From positions 1 to 64,000 of the forward strand of contig QPGO01000118.1 in NCBI GenBank assembly GCA_008632985.1: a stretch of 64,000 bases of DNA. Direction: 5' to 3'. This document shows positions 1-12,919 of this stretch, piece by piece; position 1 is the first letter of the stretch, and the number at the start of each line of letters is the position of its first letter. Below the pieces are notes generated by a model. The model was not told the DNA's origin, ran no database searches, and saw nothing but the letters and a program-made list of their open reading frames with translations. Source of the DNA: Psammoneis japonica (taxonomy: Eukaryota). Made by a program: the position numbers and the translations under genes.

Positions 1-1742
1 CGGGGGGCGAAGAACGGGAGGTCGTCATGGTCGAGTTGTCAAAACGCGTTTTTTTGTGCAGAGAAAAAGAGCTCCCAAAAGTGCACTTCCGACCCCTTGG
101 TTTTTGGTGGCCAGAGTTTTAGGGGAGAATGTGGTTCAGGATTTTTCCTGCTGCTGTTGGCATTTGTGTGCAAATGCACAAACAAATGTGAGGACATTTA
201 TCTCACGCACGCAGTGCGCGGTTGTTAGACTGTGTGGGTGTGGGTGCACGTGTGTGAGGTGCAAGTAGAGCATGCGTAGAAGTGCTGCTGAGTGAGTTGA
301 CATGCGGTGGATTTTCCGCCGGTGCACAATCTGCGTGGTCCACATGGAAGATAAATTTGTGTTGATCTCCGAAGCTTTTGCATGTCATTAAAATTTCTTT
401 CGTCTTTAAAATGCACGTGCCGCAATTCAAAAATCTCACAGAACACCCCGAAAGAACTCTGGAATCCGGATAAAAAAAATTTCCATTTAACGGTGCGAAC
501 AGAGTTGTCACGAAGTGCTTCTCAAAACAACTTGAAATTGTGTGTGGTGAAACATCTGCCATCACCAAAACACAGTGACTGTCGGATGAATAGATCCCGT
601 GTTCTTCATGCGCAAACAACACGACAACACACAACAACACCATGGCAAGAAACGCGAACGCCATCCCCTCATCTACAAGCTGGGAATGCAAGACACTGTT
701 GAAGTGGTTGGACAACATGTGTGCGCTGCACTCATGGGTCAAGTTGGGTTTCTTCTCGCTGCTTGTTGTTGCGTCATTTTACAACGTTTTGACCCACGCC
801 GTGTTCTTTGCTTTCTTGCTTCTGCTGCTCGTGCGCAACCAACAGCTCTTCCTGCAGGGTGTGGCTAGTTGCACGGCTGCATCGAACCCAAATGTGCGTG
901 ACCAACTGGCCCTGCCCCGGCTGGCTCACACAAAAATGTGATGAATGAGATACAAACTGCCGCGCAACCATGACATCACCACATTCTCCCCCACCACAAG
1001 GGTGTTGCCGATCGTGCCACTGTCACCCAAAAGATCTCGGCCGTCCACGCAAGATCCAAGATCAGTCTGAAGTGTCGTCTGTCGAGAGCAACAGGAGCGC
1101 AACGGTCAGATTTGAAAATGTTGTGCCAGGATCGTGCAGAATCCTGTGCATTTCGGACCCAAAATGCGGTCCAGCCAAGTGAACAAACGCGAAATGCCAG
1201 GTTTAGGATGACCGATGGCGCTTTTGCAATCGCATCTGTGATGCGCTTGAATGATTCCTTTTTCTCACGCTTGGTCCATCGGACGAGCTCCACATTTCTT
1301 TCTTTAAAGACCTGCATCGGCACATGCAAGTTGTGCTTCCAACTGACGCAGTGTTCAACTGATGCACACTGGTTGAATTGGTTGCCAAAGCAACTACAAA
1401 ATGCCATGGTGCTTTTAAGTGCGCAGCAGCTCTCTCTGCTCTAGACAGCTGGATCACCTGTAGAGAATAAAGAGCGAAGGCATGCACCCGCTGGATGACA
1501 GCATGCGGCACAGACGGCCAGGGAGTCGCCTCAAATCTGTTGAAAGTCTAAGCTGTCCCGTCGCGCTCGTGCGTGCAGGCGCGGTGCATCTGATTCCCAC
1601 TGATGACTCTGGCGAAATGGACATTTTTGTGCGCTGCAACACATGTCCGTTGAAGACATTTAATTGCCCTTTCCTTGTGTTAAAATGTTCAGCATCAAAT
1701 GTTGCATCTTGAGTTAACGGTCGTGACTCAACGGACAACCGA

Positions 1743-1935
1743 CTTTCAACAAAAAGTTGTTGAAAGTTAGATCTTTCAACAAAAAAGTTGTTGAAAGTTA
1801 GATCTTTCAACAAAAATCTGTTGAAAGTTAGATCTTTCAACAAAAATCTGTTGAAAGTTACATCTTTCAACAAAAATCTGTTGAAAGTTACATCTTTCAA
1901 CAAAAATCTGTTGAAAGTTATGCTTTCAACAAAAA
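1743..1935. repeat. Tandem array of ~30-bp quasi-palindromic units (ctttcaac-aaaaa..-gttgaaagtta), about 6.5 copies
   Basis: Directly visible head-to-tail units, each with an 8-bp inverted repeat ctttcaac/gttgaaag; no unique spacers. Confidence 0.9.
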
Positions 1936-2984
1936 CCACATCGACACGTGTGGAGACATCGTTTTTAGGGTTGCACTGCAGTCGGGTGACACAAAAGTCA
2001 AAGATCGTGACGAGAACAGCATGAGCGATGCACACCTTGCCAAAGCCTGAAAGCATGGCGTGAAGTTGGCTTAGCAGCTCAGTGCTGGTTTGGTGGTTTT
2101 TAGCAGAAGCAGTTTAACAATGTTTGTGGTGGCAGTTTCAAAGGTTGTGGCGGCAGTTTCAGAGTGCAAAGCATGGCAGTTTCAGAATTTTCGGCTGCAG
2201 CAGTTTCAGAATTGTCAATTTCTTGAAATCTGCTGGCAGTGGAGCACCTTCGATGGCTCCAAGTGAGCCGCCGTCTGGTGTGCTTCGAACCAAGCAAAGC
2301 TTCCACCTGGCAGTGATCTGTCTCCGATCTCACCCAGTGCATGGTCAGGCACCATCTACAGTTCTAAGCGAGAATCATCCCAGTGCCAAACCATTGGCCA
2401 CTCCATCCTCTGAGCCCAGCAATCCCATCCACCATTCCGAGTCTGGGTCCCAGCATGCTGTGCATTGGGTGGTTTCATCCTCGGATTGTGAAAGCGCCAA
2501 GTCACGAGCAACTCCGTCAGTCACACCGAGGTGTGGACTTGGCTCAACACGTCACGTCTCATTGAAATCAATGGAGGACTTAGAAGTGAGAATGTTGGTG
2601 ACAGCACCACTGAGAATCGAGTGGCACTGGCCTGCATGCTTCGTGCATGCCATCAAAAAAAAATTGAAATTGCTTCGAGGTTTCAAACAAAACAGAAATC
2701 CACAATTCTCAATGACACACAATGGGACCAACCCAGAAGGATGCATTGTGCAATTGCTCCCAACAATGAAAAAAGAAACAGGGAAAACGGTGCAAGCATC
2801 GTTGAGACATTGCGCCGCAAAGTGGACACCGTCTGCTCGCTTCATTGTGCTCGCTGCAGTTTGCTGAGTGTGGCAAAGGTGCCACAGCAAATGCTGCGTG
2901 CAATGATGAACAAATGTCAGTCATGCACACCTGTCTTAGATGACGTTGCTTTTCCAATCAGATTTTTGTGCCGACAAGTTTTCT

Positions 2985-3184
2985 GTTGAAGTTGTTGAAA
3001 GTTACGTCTTTGAACAAAAAGTTGTTGAAAGTTGCGTCTTTGAACAAAAAGTTGTTGAAAGTTGCGTCTTTGAACAAAAAGTTGTTGAAAGTCACAACTT
3101 TCAACAAAAAAGTGTTGAAAGTTAACGACTTTCAACAAAAAAGTGTTGAAAGTTGACGACTTTCAACAAAAAGTTGTTGAAAGT
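2985..3184. repeat. Second array of the same 29-30-bp unit family, same orientation, 6-7 copies
   Basis: Units ctttgaacaaaaagttgttgaaagttgcgt and ctttcaacaaaaaagtgttgaaagtt. Confidence 0.9.
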
Positions 3185-3360
3185 CATTTGGCGACAAACA
3201 CTGCAATGACTTTCTTGTTGTCGAAAGCTGCAAAGCTGTGGAAATGAGCAACCATTCATTGCATGTGTGTGATGGGCAATGGGCCAAATTTTGCACAGTC
3301 CAATTCGCCAACAGTGTCGCAATGCAGACATTGCAAAATTTTGTAAAGTTGTTCAAGAAT

Positions 3361-4042
3361 GAATCCCCGTGGGATTCCCGGCCACTGCCTCAGCGGATCA
3401 GCACCTCGATGACGTGCAACAGTGATCCACAGCACTGGATCTAGGGCGTGCAACAGACAGCAGTGGTTGCACCGTAGAAGCAGCAGCCAATGGGAACCCG
3501 GACATGCGAGTCTGAAGGTCTGCAGCAATGTAGCCTGGACAAAATGGAGGACATCCGGCACTGTGCCGAAACAGCCAGGGTGGGAATGAGGTGGGACAAT
3601 TTTGCAATGAGACATGGTCGCTGCAGTGGACCATGGTTGCACCCCTCTGATGCTGACTGCCAAGGGAACAATGCGTGGATTGGTCATGTCTGGGATCTCG
3701 TCACGTCCGTCTGTCCTCCGTCCTTGGCCTCCCATCTGTCCCTCGCTAGTCCACCTCCGCGATGACCCCCGCAACTCACCCAGCCACAGCTTCCTCTCAT
3801 TGCTTGGCTTGGAGTCTAGGGCTAGAAGAATCCCCATGGGATTCCCGGCCACCGCCTCAGCGGATCAGCACCTCGATGACGTGCAACAGTGATCCACAGC
3901 ACTGGATCTAGGGTGCACAATGGACAGCAGCAGTTGCACCGCAGAAGCAGTGGCTGACAGGAAACCGGATGTGCGAGTCTGAAGGTCTGCAGCAATGCAG
4001 CCTGGACAAAACAGAGGACATCCGGCACTGTGCCGAAACAGC
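3361..4042 (-). repeat. 3' split direct repeat block: B2 3361-3575, A2 3598-3667, B1 3828-4042
   Basis: B copies align without gaps over 215 bp; A2 is identical to 12126-12195. Confidence 0.9.
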
Positions 4043-4456
4043 ACATGTCGAGCCGACGCAGCGCATGCGCCTGACAGTGAAACACACCAGAGGCGTGCGC
4101 ACGTCCGCGCCCATGTCATTGGAGGTGAGATCCACCGGAAAAAAGAAAAAAAAGAAAAAAAGAGAAAAAAAAGAAAAAAGAAAAAAGAGAAGAAAGACAG
4201 ACAAAAAAGAGGGGAGCACGGCAGAAATGGAAGAAAAAGGCGGTAAATCGCCACAACTTTCGCACTGCCTCCTCACTGAGGCACATCATCTGTGGCATGA
4301 AGTTGTCAATGAAAATTTCGAATTTGAAGTCGGAACCCATTGATGCACAAGATCAACAGTGTGCGAGCTGATGTCGCCCAGAGAGGGAATGGGTCGCATG
4401 ACACCCGTCTTCACACCCCAAGTTTGGGAGGCCACTTTGTCAGGCACAGTCCCAAT

Positions 4457-5533
4457 TTAGAACAAGTCTGGAAGGGAAACAGCCTTGTCAATGGCGTCGT
4501 TCTTCACCTCCGCAAGGATGTTCATGTTCCGCAGGTGTCTCATGAATGTGCCCGATCTCCAGCAGAGCTCATGTTTAAGGTCCACTGACGACATCCCCAT
4601 GCTGTGGTGCACGCAGCATGCTCCAATTCGGTGCGAGTGGCCAGTCCAATGCTTGACAGCATCGGCATCTCGTGCCGGGTGCAGGGAACACAGCTTTGCA
4701 GCGACGTCCCGAAGTTCCTTTGCAATGTCATTTGCGGCAAGCAGTTGCAGACCGTCCTTCTCGCTTTTGTGTGTCAACAAGGGTGTCTCACAATCGTTCC
4801 GTCCCCGCAACCGCACAAAATGGCACATGATCTGGTGCATCGCTTGGACACAGCTGATCTTCGACGACGCCTTGTGTTTGAATTTGATTTCTTGACCGTT
4901 GTCCCCATTCTTCAGAGTGCGGAACTTGATCCACATCAGATCAATGCTGCTCAGTGGGGCATCGGCAATGTCCACTCCTTTGCGGCGCTTCCTGTCCTTT
5001 GTTTGGATTCAAACATCATGCAGAGCAAATGCTTCGGTGTCGTTCTTGAAATTTTGTTGTGGGTGCTGTGGGCTTTTCTCATTTTTTGACTGAGCATGTT
5101 CACCGCACCGCAAGCCACCAGACAGCGCTGCTTGGCTCCAATCGCCTTGGACAGCAACGAGACCATCCGGCTCCTTTTCTGCTGCGACCTCCCCACGGCG
5201 GATCTGCTCTTGTGTCATCTCCGGGGCAACAGGCTCGCGGCAGTCAGGTTTGTCCTCATGCTCCTGTGTGTGTTTAAACACATTCTTGAGTGGGGGACAG
5301 AACTCCCTCTCCATGGTGTTCATCTTCCGTGTGTCCCTTGCGACCTTGCCAAACAACGCGCAGAAGGTCGCCACTGCAAGCAGGCACTGCTTGATTGTGT
5401 CAAGCTTGATCTGCTTGCAGAACAATGTGCTCCCTGAAGCAAGATGCAACGCATGGGTTGCCATCATGCATTGGCACCTTTCCAGGGAAAGGTTCTGCAT
5501 TGTCATCCCCGGATCGTCCTTGTGCCAATTCAC
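4457..5533 (-). pseudogene. Tyrosine recombinase of the YR retrotransposon, disrupted; catalytic Tyr replaced by His
   Basis: GGLRCGE (catalytic R), HSHRIGAC (HxxR), CWRSGTFMRHLRN where the nucleophile Tyr position is CAC at 4535-4537; split over ORFs 5009-5533 and 4457-4975. Confidence 0.85.
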
Positions 5534-8400
5534 ATCATGGGCGAACCAGAAGCAATGGATTCTGCGCGAACGAACTGTCCCAAATTTCTTGGGATCTCAA
5601 CTGGCGCCGCTGTTGACACTGAGAACAGAGTGGAGCAGAGGCCCTGTGGCAGCTCAGGACTCGGGAGGAAACAGTCCCAGTCCTTCATCACAGGCCACGT
5701 CTGACACATCTGAGCATGACGAATGCAAAGAGGAAGAGCAAAGTTGGGTTGGCGCGAAATGGCATCCGCCAACTCACTCAGTGTCCCCGCAAGCCATCGA
5801 GCGTTGTGCCCGATCCCCGAGTCACGGAGGAGTTCACAGAAAAAGGCAATGACAGCCTGAGCATTGCGCGACGTAGAAGATGCCTCATTGCTCCATTTCA
5901 CGGAGGTGGTGTCATCACATTCGGCAAGTGTAACTGGCCGAGGGGGCACCCCATTCGGAAAGCAACTTTCCGCTTGTTGCCTCGTCATGTTGCGCAGTCT
6001 CATCATAATTCCTGCGAATTGGACAACCACAATTGGGAATTCCAACTGGTTGACATGGAGATGCCCTTGCGTTGATGGCCGAGCATGATTGACCCCATGC
6101 AGAATGCGTTTGCTCCATCCGATGTCAAACCAGAACTTGAGCGTGGGGCAGAACCCACCCCCCCCAGAGTCCGCACAGGCGTCCCCCCAACTGCGGACAT
6201 CGGGGTCTCTTGGCACAACAAAACCAATGTGTTCTGAGAAAGAGTCAGGCGTTGTCTGAAGATGATGCCCAATCAGGACGAGGGAGTGGCGGAGCACGTC
6301 CGACATGCGAATCTTCACTCGCGTTCGCCAGAGCAATGCCGCCATCTCTTTCACGACGATCTGATCAACTCGCTTGCGCTGAGCATTCGGCAGCTGGTGG
6401 AGAATTTGTTCCATCCTCACTTCTTTCTTGTGCTGTCGCCGAACCACATGGAACCGTTGTTTGAAGGTGGCTCGCATTTCGTTCTGAAGTTGGAAAAAAA
6501 GAGGACGTGCCCAATGCACGCATCTCGTGTGATTCTCGAGCAAACCATTGAGACCAGCGGCGTCCACCAGGTCGCAAGTGACAACAGTTTCAATCCATGC
6601 TGCAAGTGTTTCAATCAGCTGTTCCTTTTTGTAGTCCAGCATGCCAGTTGCTGGCGCACAAGAATTAAAGGCCCGCCCGACCACTCGGCCGGTGTGCCCA
6701 AACAGAGTGTTGAGTTTCTCCGTGCTGAGACTCGACGGGACTTCCTCTTGCAGAAAACCCAACACACAGAACAGGGAGAGGGCACTGGCCATCAACGTCC
6801 AAGGCAGGTGCTCCCTCACGTCCGCACACATGTTGTCATCAACATGATGCGTGCAAGGCGGCGCCAATCGAAAACCCTCTTTGTTGTGTGCACCTCTGTC
6901 AGTGGAATCTGCAGTTGCAGGTGCAAATGCTGCAATTTCCTCGTTGCCAGGTGCCTCGCAATGTCAGATCTCCGGCACAAACGGAGCAGTCATTTCAATT
7001 GCTTCCGATGAATGCCACAGCATCCACGCCAGCTGCTGATGTGCCGTTGCAATGACTTGCCAATTTGATGGGTTCGTGTTGTCCCCAAAATTGTTTCCAG
7101 TCTGCAATGTCCCAAACCCTGCCTGGACACTGGCATGCATCGAAACCAGGTTTGGTGGGTGCTCATTGTTGCAAAAAGCCCCCCCGACATCATCGTCTCC
7201 AATCATGATTTCTTCCGTCGGACACGAAATGCGCAAGTTGTAGATCCATTTCATGAGATCCATCTCTGCACTTTCGTCCGAAAGCGGAGGTTCCGCATCT
7301 TTGGAAATCCAATCATTGACAGCCACACTCCACTTCTCTGGGCGAAAAGAGCTGTCAAAAACAGGGTGAGGAGTCTTACACGGTTTGTCCAAATCGATGA
7401 TCCCTTGAGGCGTTACATGACAGTTGAGCAGAAACGGAATCAAGCGCCGATCAAATGGGATTGTGCAGCCCCTCTTCACGTCTTTCACCACCGTTTTAAG
7501 CATTTTCTCTGGATCAGAGTCGACACTTGAATGGTTGCCATGCCGGAAGCATGCTTGGAAATTCGATTCCGTCGATGTTGCATTGCAGAATGACGGCGAC
7601 CCGTGTCGGCACACGGCAACCAGTGGCTTCACATGCTGCTCATCGAGCACTCCACTCAAAAAACGCTCAATCGCGTCAACATGGCGGTGCTGTCCGACGT
7701 GAGGACCGCCAATCCACCGGACAGCAGCAGCTGCGTCCCCGTTAAAATGCAGCAACGCTGCGGACGCCATGTCCACACGTTCCTGGCTCACACTGGTGAC
7801 ATTCTTCCAATCTTTAGTGTGTCCTCGAATTTCTCCGAAGTTGACATCACCATGTTTTGCCAACAGAGCTGTGAACTCCGTGACCTCAGGGATCGCTTCC
7901 GCGAACTGCGTCCATTCCAACACAGTCAGAAACCCCGACTTCTGCAGTGGCATCAGCGCATGTCGCAAACACGCTTCTGCAAGAAAACACTGCGACATTG
8001 ATTCCTTGCCAAATGGTTGATCCAACACTGCTTGAACCAAGGTCAGGAGATGCGTGCTCTTCCATGCCTCGCATTCCACCTTTCGAAACGAATTGCCAAT
8101 GGTGGGAACCAAGTCTTGTGGTGACCCGAAAGTGTCCTTTGTGACCTGTGACAGAACTGGGTAGAAACCTTCCAGTTCGGGAAGCGGATCCACCTTGCTC
8201 CCTGTTGCCTCGTTGGTGTCTGCCTGTGACGGTTCCACGGCCAGACCTGACGACATCACAGGATCAAATCCCAAACTAGAAGCCAATGAATCGGACAACA
8301 GAGGAAAGATTGGACTGGCATTGTGCAATGCTTCTTCATTGCAGTGACAAACAAACACACAAAGATCAAAACAAAGGATCAGTTCGTTGGTGCACACCAT
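5530..8400 (-). pseudogene. Reverse transcriptase / RNase H of the YR retrotransposon, disrupted
   Basis: DDDVGGAF, FGDNTNPSNW, HHVDD (YVDD position, codon CAT at 6844-6846); RNase H motifs WGDAC..GGGG, HVNQLEF, CDDT, LADAISR. Confidence 0.85.
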
Positions 8401-8471
8401 CCATCAGAGATGGAAACAGCAGAGGACAGTGTCACAACCGACGATCGTCTCCAATCGAGCGTCGCTCATGT

Positions 8472-11189
8472 TCAGACAGTTGCCTCACCAGTGGGGCCTT
8501 TTCCAGGTGCAAAACTGAGTCCCTCAGTCTCTTTAACCCAGCCACAGAACTGCTGCTCCTTTTCATTGCCCAACACTTTAGCATTCGTGACATGAGGCTT
8601 CGCACAGTTCGCATTGGCACAGAAATGCCCAACCATCATGAAGTTCGTGCAGCAACGCTCTTCTGCCCTTGAGTTGCGAGACTTCTTGGCATGGACTGGG
8701 CAGGTCTGCGGTGGCTTGCCACTGCCACTGTACACAAGGATGCCAAGCTTCTCACGCTTCTCCTTTTCTTCATCCAAAAGAAGCGTCTTCTGCTTTTTCT
8801 TGGCAGGCTCAGATGCCTCACCATCCGCAGCTGCCGCCGGGGTGGACTTGTCTGACTTGGTCAATGCCAGAATGAGCTTTCTGGCAACGTCCGTGATGGT
8901 GTTGTAGCGTCCCGGGCGGCCCGACAAGATTGCTGTCTGCAACTCCGCAGCAAGCTGCTTCGCGATCACACTCGCCTGGTCGTAGATCCTTGGATCCATG
9001 GCATCCCCAGTGCCAATCGCCTTGCGACACGCTGGCTAGTTGCCGACAATCAAATGCTCTGCCAGGACATTCTGAATGTCCAACAGTGCATTCACCAATG
9101 CCTGGGGTGATTTGGCATTGCGTGCCAGCCACTCGGCGCCACGCTCCGAGTCGAGCACGTCGCAGTGCGACTTGACCGACTTCCACAATGCAGATTGGTC
9201 GAAGTCCAGTGTCAGACACAGTCCAAAAGCACGAAGGTTGCATGCTGCAGCAGTGACATCCTTCGGCGTGTTGATCCTTCCCTGAGCACACAGAACTGAC
9301 GACTTGAGGGCAGACAGTTCCACACCCGACTTTGACTGACTGCGCTGCTCCTGCAGCGGGAGACTGGAATGTTCATCCATGATTGTCTCCCACGTCGAAG
9401 TCGCCGTGTCAGGTTCCAGAAGAAGAACAATGGAAAACTTGGACAGTGGAGCCTGCACGCTGTAGGTTGCAGGCTGCGCATGCACGTGGAACGAACGCAC
9501 ACTCGTGGTGAACGCTTCGTTGATCACCTCATGCGACAAGTGCGCCGACTTGTCCAGAAAGGAACCGCTCGCATGCAACCCAGCCAAGACTTGGGTGACC
9601 AGATCCAAAAATTTGCGGGTGGCCACAAATTTGTCAGTGACCTTGAGCACCACCACGAATTCTGGGCGCAGTTCTCCAAGAACAAACGTCGCTTCACCTG
9701 TTCCACCAGGCGGAGGAGCAACACACCCCGCAACCAACCCCCAGCGCCGGGTGTGCTCAGCAGCAACCTCGAGATGCTCCTCTTCCTTCTGAGCAGGGGG
9801 ACGGGGTGCCGCGGCAATCCCTTGACACAATGCCACAATTTGGTCGTTCGTCACACCGCCATTGTCACCATCATCCGCATCAGCGTCTGCTCCTGGGGAG
9901 CCCCATGCCAGGGCATCAAAAGCCTTCATAGACTGCTTGACCGAACGGCATGAGTCCATGACAGGCGCCAGGATGTTCACATCGACGCGTTCCAGCTCTG
10001 GGTGGGACCTCGCACTGCTGAACTGTGACATTGACAGTTTTTTGAATCTCGTCGCATGTCGCGCACGTAGAATTCTACGTGATTTTTTGACATTTTGTGT
10101 CATTTTGCGGCACACTTGTTGAGCGATCCGTCCAAAAACTTTTGACATTTTTTGTTGCAGCGCAATTCTGTGGTGTCTTAAGAATCGCGCAGGGCAGGTG
10201 CATTTGCAAAAACGTCGAGTGGCAAGAGGCACAATTGCACCACAAACTTGGCCGTTTGTTTGATGTTGAAGACAAACACATCCATCAATTAAATTCTCGC
10301 ACTGCGGAGCTCGCACGCAGAATTCTACGGGCCAAATGTCACACGGAGTCCCACCCAGGGCTGGAACGCGTCCATCATCCACTTGCAACAGACGATCCGA
10401 GATGTCGAAACCATCGAAATCCGCAGCATCGTCAATCTGGCTCGCATTGAACAAAGGGCCGCCCTTCGCAGCCAAGCGCTTGTCGTTGTTTGCTGCAATG
10501 TGTTGCATGCCACGCTTCCATGCAGCTCCCAGAGGGAAATCTGCGTCCAACTCCGGAGTGGGCTCATCCACAGGAATGCCGCTGGGGAAAGTCTTGCCTG
10601 GCGGCAAAGGCAGGAATGGCGGCAGTGCAGAAATCCGCAGATGGTCGTCCACAGCCGCAGGTGGCGGGAAGTGCAGACGCCCCATGGATGCAACCCAGTC
10701 ATCCTCCGGCAAAGTTGTTGGACCGTCAACAACATCCGGTGCCTGATCCGACTTGGGAAGGTGGAAAGCCATGACCGATCGCAGCGCGAGGAGCGAAGTC
10801 ATCGATGCTCGAAAGGAGTCGAGAGCAATGGAGACTGGGGCATGACTCCCAATCTCGTCCGACAAGCTCCCAATGATGGAGGCAGTCCCTGCCGTCGAAG
10901 TGAACACTTGAGGGCGGGTGAGAATCATGATCCGCTTTGAGTGCACGAGTGCAAACTGGGTTGCTTTCGTCGGATCAGATGCGACAGCGTGGCGAACCTC
11001 ATGGTTCACACCCGGTCAAAGCGCAGAAGCCAGGACCATTGCGTTCTCATCAGAGAATGGAAACGCTGTTGTGTGGTGCTGGCCAGCAGCACCACGACCC
11101 CGCTGGACAGCAGCGGCGGAAGGAGCAAACACAGTTGTTGAACAACAACTTCACGGTCTCGTTGCAAATGGCCGACTTCGGAAATTATG
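8472..11189 (-). pseudogene. Gag-like ORF of the YR retrotransposon with a C-terminal Cys/His zinc-finger-like motif, interrupted by a MITE and a stop
   Basis: Position upstream of RT; ORFs 9036-11009 and 8472-8999 in the same frame separated by TAG at 9036-9038; CTNFMMVGHFCANANCAKPH. 5' boundary approximate. Confidence 0.6.
9984..10372. mobile_element. MITE, 389 bp, 25-bp TIRs, 4-bp TSD (CATC)
   Basis: gacgcgttccagctctgggtgggac (9984-10008) versus gtcccacccagggctggaacgcgtc (10348-10372), 1 mismatch; CATC at 9980-9983 and 10373-10376. Confidence 0.85.
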
Positions 11190-11748
11190 AGGAGTCCCTC
11201 TCACAGTGTCCGGCCGTGAACTCTGCAGGTGGAGCATCCTGTCCACAACTTTCGAAAATCGTGATTAAAACGGAGATGACACGACACGATTCCCATGGTG
11301 TTTAGTTCGGATTTTCAAAATTTTCAACGGCTGCAAACAATGTGAACCGCGAACCCTGTGTGACGGTTGCTCTCAAGCAGGCACTGGTGCTTGGAGGACC
11401 CAACACGCTCCGTGCCTGCATCGAAACATTCGTGGCGCCGACAGACATGTCACATGGTCGAGCGCCAAGCGTGCGGGACCGGCAGTTGAACAACTAGTAT
11501 GCAGGAAAGAGAGATGCCATTCTCAGGAGGCACGCATTTATGAACATGTTGACAGTTCCACCCTCGTCCCAGCGAGGGGGTTGACCATGGCCGACAGCAT
11601 GCGGCTGTTGCCGCCGGCGAGGGAATGACCCGCACACCGAGCGGTTGTCAGGAAAGTGGCGTTTGGTTACATAGAGGAGACCGTCCTCTCAATAGCAGGC
11701 ATTGCCGCATTGGCATAGTAAAAAGGAGAGGGGTCGGAAACAACGACT

Positions 11749-11999
11749 TCATCGTGAGACCCCACAAATACGGAGGGACCCTCCTGTAGAGCTCTACGCG
11801 AATTTTTGTATGTGGTACTGAAACATGTAGCCTACATACGCAAAACTGGTACAGTTTCTACGACAAAAATCCGAAAAAACGCCTAGTTCGCGAGATAGCT
11901 CTGGTACAAAACCTACGTGAACAGTCCCCATACATTCACGTAGAACTCTACACATTTCCGGGTTGCGGGTCCCTCCGTATTTGTGGGGTCCCACGATGA
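11749..11999. mobile_element. MITE, 251 bp, 33-bp TIRs, 4-bp TSD (GACT)
   Basis: tcatcgtgagaccccacaaatacggagggaccc versus gggtccctccgtatttgtggggtcccacgatga (1 mismatch); GACT at 11745-11748 and 12000-12003. Confidence 0.85.
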
Positions 12000-12919
12000 G
12001 ACTGTTCATGAGTCGGTTCCGAAATCCCAGTCAAATTGCTCTATCATGAGCGCAGAATTTGATAAAATAAACGTTTGGGGCACGTATATCGCTCCCCGAT
12101 CCTTAGCAATCATCAACAGAGTGTTAATTTTGCAATGAGACATGGTCGCTGCAGTGGACCATGGTTGCACCCCTCTGATGCTGACTGCCAAGGGATCATT
12201 TCAATTTGAGTCGTAGTTTCAACAACTTTGAGGCGACTCCCAGATGGAAGATTTTGAATCATGTCTTACTGCATCCTTCTAGCAATATTTGATTTGTTTC
12301 AAGTTCAGAGTCATCTCACGCGCATTATCTTACAGTAGATTGAATCAGAGTAGCTACCTAATCGAAGCCAAAATGTACAGTACCATGCACTCGCATAGTC
12401 TGCTATGCAGGAACATCTCGAAACATTGACTCTCCAGGACGGGGGCGGCATTACAAGCAAACGCGGGCGGAGTGTTATCTTCTTTCTTCGTCATATCGGT
12501 CAATGGTTTAGGCGAGTGAGCTACATTGAAGACTTGCGCTTCTATCTCTCTACTCTCTAGAGCTAGCAGACTAGTAGTAGAGAGTGGGAAGAGAGAGCGG
12601 TTCCACGGCAGTGTAGTACAGATCCTTCCTCCTTGCGAACTCGTTTAGGATTACGCAGTTAGTATGTCGTTTGGTTACTTTGCGAGGCTTGGCGTTGTGT
12701 GCAAGGTTCCAAGACTTCACACACATGGTGGTGAGAGACCAAAGAATGGCATTTTGTTCTCCGATGACAAACAGGTCACGTGCCCTTTCAACTTCAAAGC
12801 GCAGCCCAAGGGACATTCTATCTTCACAGCCTTTTCTATCCCCTGGATCAGAAAGCCTCAAGCGGCGATCCAGGCCTTGCGGAGTGAGCCCGGAGTCCCA
12901 TCAGAATTCACCGTTTTGG

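Larger units (their letters stand above)
3361..12195 (-). mobile_element. Ngaro/PAT-like tyrosine-recombinase retrotransposon with split direct repeats (A1-ORFs-B1-A2-B2), decayed
   Basis: 70-bp identical repeat at 12126-12195 and 3598-3667; 215-bp repeat at 3828-4042 and 3361-3575; minus-strand order gag-like, RT, RNase H, YR; no methyltransferase domain seen between RH and YR. Confidence 0.85.

Noticed and set aside
1743..3184. CRISPR array suggested by ~30-bp palindromic repeats
   Set aside because: Units are head-to-tail with no unique spacers, no cas genes are present, and the context is eukaryotic.
4139..4240. Lys/Arg-rich or Phe-rich ORFs
   Set aside because: Translation artefacts of an A/G-rich low-complexity tract in the retroelement 3' region.
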